Below, in pieces: positions 33,446 through 41,153 of a stretch of 64,000 nucleotides of DNA; the stretch's first letter is position 1; each line of letters begins with the position of its first letter. The DNA is from an uncultured bacterium. GTDB lineage: Bacteria; Krumholzibacteriota; Krumholzibacteriia; JACNKJ01. Made by a program: the position numbers and the translations under genes. Below the pieces are notes generated by a model. It made no database searches and was not told the DNA's origin. It was given only the letters and a program-made list of their open reading frames with translations. Where the stretch lies: the NCBI GenBank assembly GCA_963695095.1, contig CAVOFT010000001.1, forward strand, positions 2,656,001 to 2,720,000, read 5' to 3'.

Positions 33446-33880
33446 TCAGCGAACGATGTAGCGATAGGGATCGTGAGCCCGCTCGAGCCAGCGCTCCCTG
33501 ACCTTCACGCCGAAGAGCAGGGCCAGTCCGACGAGGAGACCGGCCGCCGAGCCGCGGAAGACCAGGGGGAGCGCCGGATCGCGCAAGACGGCAATGACGG
33601 CCGCCGCGAAGAGGATCAGGGCGCCGCCGCCGGCGAAGAACCAGCCCAGATGCAGGCCGGTGCGGGCGACCACGCTGCGGGACAGGGCCTCCAGCACTTC
33701 GTCCGCGGGATCCTTGATCCGGTAGCGACTGAGTTCGCGACCGAAGGCCTCCCAGCGCCGCAGTTCCTGGCGCAGCGCGGGATCCAGCGCGAGGGCGGCG
33801 TCGAGTTCGGCGGCCTCGCCGGGCGCCAGTTCGCCGTCGAGCTTGGCCATCAAGAGCTGGCGGGCGCGATCGCTGTCCAT
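33446..33880 (-). CDS. Membrane anti-sigma factor
   Basis: LDGEL anti-sigma N-terminus (no HxxxCxxC), two TM helices, directly after the ECF sigma gene. Confidence 0.75.
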   Translation of the reverse strand: MDSDRARQLLMAKLDGELAPGEAAELDAALALDPALRQELRRWEAFGRELSRYRIKDPADEVLEALSRSVVARTGLHLGWFFAGGGALILFAAAVIAVLRDPALPLVFRGSAAGLLVGLALLFGVKVRERWLERAHDPYRYIVR

Positions 33881-33881
33881 C

Positions 33882-34490
33882 TCAGGTCGCCTCCGAGGAT
33901 TCGGCCAGGGCCGGGGCTTCGCCGCCCAGCCCGGCCTCGAGCGCCCCGCGCAGCGCCGCGCGGGCGTAGAAGAGTCGGCTCATCACCGTGCCCCGGGGAA
34001 TGCGCAGCAGGGTGGCGATCTCCTGGTAGCTGAGGTCTCGGAAGTGGCGCAGGATGATGATCTCCCGGTGCTCATCGCTCAGCGTGCACAGGGCCGCCCA
34101 GAGCTTGTCTGCCCGCTCACTGGCGATCAGGGATTGCAGCGGACTGGTCTCGCGCCCGGCGGGATCGATGCCGCCATCGCTCTCGAGCACGAGTGGACAC
34201 TCCCCGTGGCGCCCGCGCTTGGCGAGGAAATTGAAGCAAAGATTGCGCAGGATCCGATAGAACCAGGGGAAGAAGGGACGCTCCACGTCGAAGCTGTGCA
34301 TGTGGGCCAGGGCGCGCAAGAAGGCCTCCTGAGTCAGGTCCCGGGCGTCCTCGAGGTCGCCGAGGAAACCGAGAGCGACCTGCAGGGCCTCCCGCCGGTG
34401 CTGGAGCACGAGGACGGCAAAGGCCTCGCGGTCGCCGTCCCGCGCGCGGCGGAGCAAGTTGGATTCGGGCTCCTGGCCGCGGGACGCCAT
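33882..34490 (-). CDS. ECF RNA polymerase sigma factor
   Basis: DARDLTQEAF, FFPWFYRILRNLC and LSYQEIA...GTVMSRLFYAR; GGAGG RBS before ATG 34490. Confidence 0.95.
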   Translation of the reverse strand: MASRGQEPESNLLRRARDGDREAFAVLVLQHRREALQVALGFLGDLEDARDLTQEAFLRALAHMHSFDVERPFFPWFYRILRNLCFNFLAKRGRHGECPLVLESDGGIDPAGRETSPLQSLIASERADKLWAALCTLSDEHREIIILRHFRDLSYQEIATLLRIPRGTVMSRLFYARAALRGALEAGLGGEAPALAESSEAT

Positions 34491-34546
34491 CGCTACCTCC
34501 CTCCCCGGCGGGAATTCGGAGTGTAGCCCATGTTTCAGCACCCCGC

Positions 34547-34577
34547 AAAAAAAAGAGCGGGTTGCTCAGGCCCGCTC
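34547..34577 (-). terminator. Intrinsic terminator
   Basis: GAGCGGG/CCCGCTC stem followed by T8 on the minus strand. Confidence 0.8.
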
Positions 34578-34612
34578 AAAACTCACTAGGGGGGGGAATC
34601 GCGTCTCTCCAG
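34547..34612 (-). ncRNA. Candidate small RNA (about 65 nt) with C8 tract
   Basis: Lies between a sigma54-like motif (34622-34637) and the terminator at 34547-34577; no ORF recognised. Confidence 0.35.
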
Positions 34613-34621
34613 GCCTGTCGT

Positions 34622-34637
34622 ATCAAGTGGCGTGCCA
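34622..34637 (-). promoter_or_regulatory. sigma54-like promoter (variant -12)
   Basis: TGGCACG-CCAC-TTGAT: perfect -24 element, but A instead of C at -12. Confidence 0.45.
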
Positions 34638-34795
34638 TTCGTTCCCGCTCGCCTAAAATGAAGCCAACACGGTGCGGCAGCAGCAGTTGATCCGGCGGCC
34701 GCGCCTACACCCCCGGCGGGCATCGTCTGGAGATGCCCCCCGTCGAGGGCAGTTGGGGCGCGAGCTGTCCACCTCCGGGGACTGCCCAAAATGCG

Positions 34796-34824
34796 CCGAG
34801 GCCATCCCAGCAGGACGGCCTCGG
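34796..34824 (-). terminator. Hairpin after HU gene, probable terminator
   Basis: CCGAGGCC...GGCCTCGG stem 20 nt after the stop, followed by CGCATTTT. Confidence 0.5.
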
Positions 34825-34844
34825 GCGAAAGCATCAGCGGAAGA

Positions 34845-35126
34845 CTAGAGCGTCTCCTTCAGCGTGGTCGAGGGCTTGAAGCCGACGGTCTTGCTGGCCT
34901 TGATCGTGATCGCCTCGCCGGTCTGCGGATTGCGGCCGGTGCGAGCCTTGCGCTTGCGGACCGTCCAGGTGCCGAAGCCGGGGTAGGAGAAGCGGCGCTC
35001 CTTGCGAATGGTCTTGCCCATGATGTCGAAGCACGCGTCCACGACTTCGCCGCAGGCCTTCTTCGTGATTTCGCCGTTGACGCTCTTGCTGTTCCAGACG
35101 GCGTCGATCAGCTCAGCCTTGGTCAT
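34845..35126 (-). CDS. hup: HU family DNA-binding protein
   Basis: MTKAELI, GFGTW, RTGRNPQTGE and FKPS. Confidence 0.95.
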   Translation of the reverse strand: MTKAELIDAVWNSKSVNGEITKKACGEVVDACFDIMGKTIRKERRFSYPGFGTWTVRKRKARTGRNPQTGEAITIKASKTVGFKPSTTLKETL

Positions 35127-35270
35127 TCTAGCCACCACCTTTCAGGGGTCGGAGATTGCGGACAGGGATCGTCACGGGGCTCTATGTAGGCCAAGCCCGA
35201 AAACCTGACAAGCAAAATCTTCGCGGATCCGCACTGGAGGCGGATTGGCGGGGGTCGAGGTGCCGCGGAC

Positions 35271-35726
35271 CTAGGGCTCGCGCGACTTTCCGGGGTCGAC
35301 CTCGGGCAGATCGTGGAGATCGCCCAGCGGATCGGAATCCATCGCGCGCTGGCGAAAGTCCACGGTGTTGCGGTCCCGCTGCCAGTGGGTGAGCAGGCCA
35401 TTCTCGAAGAAGAGCCGCGCGATCACAGCCGGCTGACCCTCCCCCGGATTCGGCTCGCGGAATTCGTAGACCCAGCGCTGCTCGTGCTCGGTCTTGATGC
35501 GCTGGAGCGGTCGTCCCCAGGCCAGGTAGACCTGGGTCGGATTCATCCCCTGCCGCAGTTCGCCGGCCTGGATGTTGTCGCGATAGGGATCGTCAGGGTA
35601 GAGGGCGAAGTAGCGGTCGCGCAGGGCGACGTGCTCGGGCGCTGCCGGCAAGGGACTGCGCAGCACCGGGCTGCAGGCCGGCATGCCCAAGGCAGCCAGG
35701 GCCAGGATGCTCAGCCAACGCCGCAT
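35271..35726 (-). CDS. Lipoprotein with SmpA/OmlA-like (BamE-fold) segment
   Basis: Lipobox GMPAC; GMNPTQVYLAWGRP...RWVY...LFFENG. Confidence 0.7.
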   Translation of the reverse strand: MRRWLSILALAALGMPACSPVLRSPLPAAPEHVALRDRYFALYPDDPYRDNIQAGELRQGMNPTQVYLAWGRPLQRIKTEHEQRWVYEFREPNPGEGQPAVIARLFFENGLLTHWQRDRNTVDFRQRAMDSDPLGDLHDLPEVDPGKSREP

Positions 35727-35763
35727 CGCGACCTCCCTCCGGATCCCCCCCGTCGATCCACGC

Positions 35764-37137
35764 TCAGTCTAGCGATTCGGCGGGAAGAAGCAAACCCAAA
35801 GTCGCCCGCTCGGGCAGCAACAGGCGCGCCGCCTCCTGGGCCAGGCTCTCCCGGGAAGCGGCCAGCGTCTGCTGCACGAATCGTTGGCGCCAGCGCGCGA
35901 AGTAGAGCGCTTCGCGCAGGACCTCGCGGCACCACAGCGAGAGGGCGCGCACACCGCCGTCGGCGGGCGGCGAGCCCTGACCTGCCGCGGCGTCGATGCG
36001 CGTGAAGAGCTGATCCTTGGCGGTGATCACCTGGTACTCGGAGAACTCGCCCTCCCGCAGGCGCTCGAGAACGCGCTCCACCCACGCCTCGAGCGCGGGC
36101 AATCGCTCGGGTTCGAAGCCGCGCAGCTGCAACTCGATCGGGCGCGGGCCCGGGCAGGCGAAGTCGTACCAGGCCGAGCCGGAGGCCACCAGGCCCGCAG
36201 CGCGCAGCTCGGTCTGGACGAAGAGATTCAGGACCCCCGCCAGCAGGGCGGCCGCGGGCGCGTCCTCGCTGTCTCCGGCCGGACCCGGGAAGTGATAGAG
36301 CAGCAAGGTCGGCGTCGCCGCCGCGCGCAGCAGCTCCCCGCCCTGGACGGACTGGCTGGGCCGCGAGGGGAGAGGCAGGGGATGCCCGGGCAGGGCGTCG
36401 AATCGAGCCTGCCAGGCGTCCAGGAGCGGCTGCGCTTCGAGGTCGCCCGCCAGCAGCAGCACCAGGCCGCCTGCCTGATAGCGCTCGCCGAGAAAGCGCG
36501 CCAGATCCGCCCGCGGCGGCGTTGCCCCGGCGATGGCCAGCCTGCCCTCGCCCCCTGCGTAGGGGTGTCCGGCGAAGGCTGCCGCAGCCATGGCTTCGCG
36601 CAGGGCGAGCTCCGGCGAGGTGGCCGCGCGCGCCCAGTCGGCTTCCAGTCCCTCCCAGGCGGCCTCTAGATCCTCGGGTGCGAGGCTGGCCGGGTCTTGC
36701 AGTCGCTCGATGAGGAAACCCAGAACGGTCTCGAGGCCCCTGGCCGGGCCGAGCAGGGAGATCTCGGCGCTCTCGAGGCCGCAATGGCTCTCGACGCGCC
36801 AGCCCAGGCGGGCGAGGGCCGTCTCGAGCGCCTCCCCTTGCTCCCAGGTGGCCGAGGCGCCCAGGAAGGCGCGCGGCGCAAGCAGGGGCAGCAGCGGAGC
36901 CTCTGGGCTGCTGGTCAGGCCCGCCGGCAGCGCGAGGCAGATGCAGGCCAGACCCGGGCTGATGCCCCCCGCCAGCACGACCCGCCCCCCCGCGGGCAGC
37001 CCGCGTTCCTCCCAGACCAGGGCGGCCAGCGGCCGCTCGGCCGCGCCGCCTAGGACGAGGACCGCGAGCGCCGCCGGCAGCAGGCGCGGCCAGCCGGAAC
37101 GCCAGGACCTGGCGAGCTTCTGCGGGCGAAGTGTCAG
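35764..37137 (-). CDS. M16 (insulinase) family protein, probably non-catalytic
   Basis: FAGHPY, LLLAGD and two-domain M16 layout with no HxxEH. The frame extends to a CTG at 37137 that adds a signal peptide. Confidence 0.75.
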   Translation of the reverse strand: MTLRPQKLARSWRSGWPRLLPAALAVLVLGGAAERPLAALVWEERGLPAGGRVVLAGGISPGLACICLALPAGLTSSPEAPLLPLLAPRAFLGASATWEQGEALETALARLGWRVESHCGLESAEISLLGPARGLETVLGFLIERLQDPASLAPEDLEAAWEGLEADWARAATSPELALREAMAAAAFAGHPYAGGEGRLAIAGATPPRADLARFLGERYQAGGLVLLLAGDLEAQPLLDAWQARFDALPGHPLPLPSRPSQSVQGGELLRAAATPTLLLYHFPGPAGDSEDAPAAALLAGVLNLFVQTELRAAGLVASGSAWYDFACPGPRPIELQLRGFEPERLPALEAWVERVLERLREGEFSEYQVITAKDQLFTRIDAAAGQGSPPADGGVRALSLWCREVLREALYFARWRQRFVQQTLAASRESLAQEAARLLLPERATLGLLLPAESLD

Positions 37138-37928
37138 GGTTGACTCCCGGGTTCAGGGTCGGCAGGTGGATCGGGATGGCGCAGCCCGTCCTCGAGCATG
37201 GCGAGGAAGGGCAGCAGCCAGGGGCGCAGACCATCCCGAGGCTTGCTCTGATAATCGGCTCTGACGGCGCGCAGGGCAAGGTAGTAGGCGGCGCCCGCCC
37301 GCTGGACGGCCGCTTCGCAGTAGAAGCCAGTGCCCTGCCAGCCCCTCCGCGCCAGCGCCGTGCTGAGGAGGCGACCCAGGCGACCGTTCCCATCCGCAAA
37401 GGGGTGGATGGACTGGAACTCGTAGTGGAAGCGGCCCGCCTGCAGGAAGGGATCCTCGCCGGGATCCAGGCTCTCCAGCAAGCCACCCAGCAGCTCCGGC
37501 ACGCGCGCGGCGTGAGGCGGCGCGAAGACCTGCTCGCCGCGCTCGGGCCCGGCCGCGCGCACGATGCGCACGGCGTGCCGCCGGTAGCTGCCCGCCTCGG
37601 CACTCAGCCCCTGCATCAGCAGGCCGTGCAGGTGGCGCAGGAGGGCCTCGCGCCAGGGCAGGGCAGGCGGCTGGGCGTCGATGAAGTCGAGGGCGCGCAG
37701 GCAACCCAGCAGCTCGGCGTCGGCCAGATCCTGCGGCTTTCGCTCGCCGCGCAGGAGGGCACGCGCCGTGCGCCAGGGCAGCGGATTGCCTTCGATGCCG
37801 GCAGTGGCCCAGGCCGCGTAGTGACGCCGCCGGCGCAGGGCCGCCGCCGGCGCCGGGGCCCAGCCGGTCCGGAGCTCGGCCAATTCGGCGAGGCGCGCAG
37901 TGAGATCCACCCCTTGCTCCCCCGGCAT
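37134..37928 (-). CDS. Fic family AMPylase (class II, auto-inhibited)
   Basis: Canonical HPFADGNGRLGR and an N-terminal TAGIEG inhibitory (S/T)xxxE(G/N) motif. Confidence 0.93.
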   Translation of the reverse strand: MPGEQGVDLTARLAELAELRTGWAPAPAAALRRRRHYAAWATAGIEGNPLPWRTARALLRGERKPQDLADAELLGCLRALDFIDAQPPALPWREALLRHLHGLLMQGLSAEAGSYRRHAVRIVRAAGPERGEQVFAPPHAARVPELLGGLLESLDPGEDPFLQAGRFHYEFQSIHPFADGNGRLGRLLSTALARRGWQGTGFYCEAAVQRAGAAYYLALRAVRADYQSKPRDGLRPWLLPFLAMLEDGLRHPDPPADPEPGSQP

Positions 37929-38004
37929 CAGGACACGCGGGCGACCCCGACGGGGCCGCCCGCAGCATGCTAGACCAGTGGCGGCGCTGAGACCAGCGCG
38001 TCCC

Positions 38005-38676
38005 TCAGGAGGCGAGGCGCTGCAGGCCGTCCACGGCCGCGATGGTGATCTGCCGGCGATCGACGTCGATCAGGCGCTTGCGCCGGAACTGGTTGAGCGT
38101 CGCCGTGGTGGTCTCGCGCGTGGAGCCGATGAGCCCGGCCAGTTCCTGGTGAGTGATGCGGCCCCGCAGGCGATCGCCGTCTGCAGCCGGCTGACCGCTG
38201 CGGCTGGCGAGATCCAGGAGCAGGGCGGCCAGACGGGCCTTGACGTCCTTGAGCAGCAAGCGCTCGATCACCTGCTGGGAAGCGCGCAGCTTGTCGCCGA
38301 GAATCGCAACCAGGGCCATGCTCAGCCCGGGGTGTTCGGCCAGGAGCTGCTGCAGGCGAGCGCGTCCGATCAACATGACGCGGCTGTCTTCCATGGCCTG
38401 GGCACTGGCCTCCCGCTCGGAAATGCCCTGCAGGCACTCCAGGCCGCAGAGTTCACCGGCTTCCACCATGCCGAGGGTCAACTCGCGCCCGCTCTCCTGG
38501 ATGCGGCTGAGCTTCAGACGACCCGAGAGGACCACGCAGAGGCCCTCGCAGGGTTCGCCCGGCAGGAAGAGGTAGCTGCCCCGCCGCAGGGTGGGCTGGG
38601 GACAGTCCAGGCTGAGGCGAAGCCTCTGCTTGGGGTCGAGAACGCCTAGGAAGTCCTGACTGGGGGTCGCGCTCAT
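38005..38676 (-). CDS. Crp/Fnr family transcriptional regulator
   Basis: cNMP-binding beta-barrel (VLSGRLKL, GELCG) and HTH ITHQELAGLIGSTRETTT. Confidence 0.93.
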   Translation of the reverse strand: MSATPSQDFLGVLDPKQRLRLSLDCPQPTLRRGSYLFLPGEPCEGLCVVLSGRLKLSRIQESGRELTLGMVEAGELCGLECLQGISEREASAQAMEDSRVMLIGRARLQQLLAEHPGLSMALVAILGDKLRASQQVIERLLLKDVKARLAALLLDLASRSGQPAADGDRLRGRITHQELAGLIGSTRETTTATLNQFRRKRLIDVDRRQITIAAVDGLQRLAS

Positions 38677-38734
38677 GGTCCACCTCGCTGCTGGGGGGCA
38701 GTACCGGGAATCGGGCCCCCTTTGCCTCCCTCAT

Positions 38735-38750
38735 GGCAACCCGCATGCCC
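38735..38750 (-). promoter_or_regulatory. sigma54 (-24/-12) promoter upstream of crp
   Basis: GGGCATG-CGGG-TTGCC with GG-N10-GC spacing, about 60 nt upstream of the crp ATG. Confidence 0.55.
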
Positions 38751-38843
38751 ATATCCGGCGGTGGATTCGGCCCCGTAAATGCTTATGATGGATTTGGTTC
38801 GACCATGTAACGAAGACGCAACACGAACTGGACTCCGCGCTGC

Positions 38844-38878
38844 CTCCAGGATCTGGAATAATCTCCATGATCTGGAGA
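38844..38878. promoter_or_regulatory. Tandem palindromic operator pair TCCA-N5-TGGA
   Basis: CTCCAGGATCTGGA (38844-38857) and CTCCATGATCTGGA (38863-38876; extends to TCTCCA/TGGAGA), with a 19-bp period. Confidence 0.55.
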
Positions 38879-38959
38879 CATAGGGAACTTTTCGGCCTGC
38901 CGGGGTTTCGCGGGGCTCAGCAAAGCCCTACCTTGAAGATACCGAGCCCAATCCCCGCA

Positions 38960-38988
38960 TTGACAGATGGCTAGTATTAAGGTAAGAA
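38960..38988 (+). promoter_or_regulatory. sigma70-type promoter of carD
   Basis: TTGACA-N17-TAAGAA, about 30 nt upstream of the ATG (39021), which has a GGAGG RBS. Confidence 0.65.
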
Positions 38989-39020
38989 CTAGTAATCGCC
39001 GTCCGAAAAATGGAGGCAGC

Positions 39021-39506
39021 ATGGATTTCGACCAGCAGGAATTCGTCGTCTATCCACGCTATGGAGTGGGACGCGTGCTCGGGGTAGCAAAGAAGGAGTT
39101 CGCGGGGCAGGCCGAGCGCTGCCTGGGCATCCGCTTCGAGGAGCAGAATCTGGCGCTCTACATCCCGGTGCACCGTCTGGAACATGTCCGCCTGCGCAAG
39201 ATCATGTCCCGCACGATGACGACCGAGGTGATGTCCGCCATGAAATCCCGGGCCCGCTTCGATACCAGCAACAGCCACAAGGAGCGGGTCAAGCGCTACC
39301 AGGAGAAGTTCAACACGGGCGACCCCGTGGAGATGGCCGAAGTGGCCCGCGACCTGGCCCGCCTGTCCAAGCGACAGGATCTCAGCATGGAGGAAGAGGG
39401 CCTGTGCCGGGACTCCATCAACCTCCTCGCCCGTGAGATCGCCATCAGCCGGAATGGCGATCCGCAGCGCATCCGCCGGGACATCGAGACCGTCCTCTAC
39501 CGCTAG
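39021..39506 (+). CDS. carD: CarD/CdnL family RNA polymerase-binding factor
   Basis: VVYPRYGVG, LYIPV, LRK and EKFNTGDPVEMAEVARDL. Confidence 0.88.
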   Translation: MDFDQQEFVVYPRYGVGRVLGVAKKEFAGQAERCLGIRFEEQNLALYIPVHRLEHVRLRKIMSRTMTTEVMSAMKSRARFDTSNSHKERVKRYQEKFNTGDPVEMAEVARDLARLSKRQDLSMEEEGLCRDSINLLAREIAISRNGDPQRIRRDIETVLYR

Positions 39507-39593
39507 CCGCTCGGCGCTCCGGCCGAGGCGCCGCTTGCTGCGTCTGCCAATTTCGCCCTAGGAGCCGACCGCTCCAATCCCTATGCTCGCCGC

Positions 39594-41153
39594 ATGAATG
39601 CCAAGATCCACCTCGTCGAGCACAGCCGGCAGTCCTACAACTTCATGGTGGCCGCGGCCCGGAGTTGCTACTCGGCTCGCGGGCTCGTGACGCCTGAGCA
39701 GGTGGGAGCGGGCAGGCGGCAGGCTGTCCCCGCAGAGCGCTACGCGGCGCGGGACCGACTGGCCCTCAGCGTGTTCGAGGCCGGCCATCACACGACGCTG
39801 CAGCACGGACAGGTGCAATTCGCCCTGGAGGGCGTCAGCCGGCTCTTCATCTGGAGCTTCCTGCATTCGCATCCCTTCTACAACTCGGAGCAGGTGAGCC
39901 AGCGCTACGTGCCGGTGGCCCCCGAGCACTACTACCGGCCGGCGCTTGCCGGGTCCGCGCTCGCGATCTACCGGGAGCAGGCGGAGCGCGCGGCTGCGGC
40001 CTACCGGGCCCTGGCCGCCCTGCTCGAGCCGCGCTGCCGCGAGCTCTATCTCGAGCGCTTCCCTGCCCGCCGGCGCAGTCCACGCCTGGAGACGGATCCG
40101 ACCAAGCTCGCCCTCGAAGCGGCCCGCTACGTGTTGCCCTTGGCCACGACGGCCTACCTCTACCACACCGTGAGCGTGCTCACGCTCTTTCGCTACCAGC
40201 GCCTCGCCGAGCAGCGCGACGCCCCCGCCGAGACGCGCGCGGTGGTTGCGGCCATGGTGGCCGCGCTCCTCGCTGCCGAGCCCGAGTACGCGAAACTCCT
40301 GCAAGAGCCCCTGCCGCTTGCGGACACGCCGGAGGCCGGCTTCTTCGCCGCTCGCGAGGCGGCGCCCGGGGAGGCGGCGCGCTTCCGCGCGGCCTTCGAC
40401 GCCGACCTGGCCGGCCGTCCCAGTCGCCTCGTCGCCGCCAGCGAGCCCGCGGAAGCCTTGGTCGCCGACGCCGTGCGCGAGGTGCTGGGGCTGCCCGCCA
40501 GTGCACTCGCCGACGAGGAGGCCATCGCGCTCTGCCTCGACCCCACCCGCAATCGCCTCTGGGGTGAGACGCTCAACCTCGCCACGATGGACCGCCTCGC
40601 TCGACCCCTGCACCACGTGCACTACAGCTTTCGCCGCCGGATCAGCCACGCGGCCGACAGCCAGGACCAGCGCCACCGGATGACGCCGGCCAGCCGCCCC
40701 TCGCTGCTCAGCCAGGAGGACGGCCAGCCGGACTACATCACGCCCCGCCTCATCGAGCAGCTGCCCGCCGCCGAGCGCCTCTACCGGGAGACGATGGAAC
40801 GCACCTGGGACGCCGTCGCGCGCTTCCGCGCCGCCGGGGGCAGCGCCGAGGACGCCCTCTACCTGCTCCCCAACGCGAAGTGCCTCCGCTACACGGAGAG
40901 CGGCGACCTGCTCAACTTCCGCCACAAGGCGGCGATGCGCCTTTGCTACAACGCGCAGGAGGAGATCTGGCGGCTGACCTGGGAAGAGGCGCGTCAGGTC
41001 CGCGAGCGTCACCCCACCCTGGGCCGCTACCTCTTGCCGCCCTGTGGGCAGCGGCAGCTCGCCGGCAGTCACCCGCTCTGCCCCGAGGGCGAGCGCTACT
41101 GCGGCGTTCCGGTGTGGCGCCTGGCCTTCGCGGACTACGACCGGGTCCTCTGA
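39594..41153 (+). CDS. thyX: Flavin-dependent thymidylate synthase, tandem two-domain form
   Basis: AARSCYS, GHHTTLQH, EQVSQRYV and ARYVLP in domain 1; QRHR, YLLPNA and RLCYNAQEEI in domain 2. Confidence 0.88.
   Translation: MNAKIHLVEHSRQSYNFMVAAARSCYSARGLVTPEQVGAGRRQAVPAERYAARDRLALSVFEAGHHTTLQHGQVQFALEGVSRLFIWSFLHSHPFYNSEQVSQRYVPVAPEHYYRPALAGSALAIYREQAERAAAAYRALAALLEPRCRELYLERFPARRRSPRLETDPTKLALEAARYVLPLATTAYLYHTVSVLTLFRYQRLAEQRDAPAETRAVVAAMVAALLAAEPEYAKLLQEPLPLADTPEAGFFAAREAAPGEAARFRAAFDADLAGRPSRLVAASEPAEALVADAVREVLGLPASALADEEAIALCLDPTRNRLWGETLNLATMDRLARPLHHVHYSFRRRISHAADSQDQRHRMTPASRPSLLSQEDGQPDYITPRLIEQLPAAERLYRETMERTWDAVARFRAAGGSAEDALYLLPNAKCLRYTESGDLLNFRHKAAMRLCYNAQEEIWRLTWEEARQVRERHPTLGRYLLPPCGQRQLAGSHPLCPEGERYCGVPVWRLAFADYDRVL

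Noticed and set aside
37134..37928. Fic toxin-antitoxin module
   Set aside because: No adjacent small antitoxin gene; the inhibitory motif is internal.
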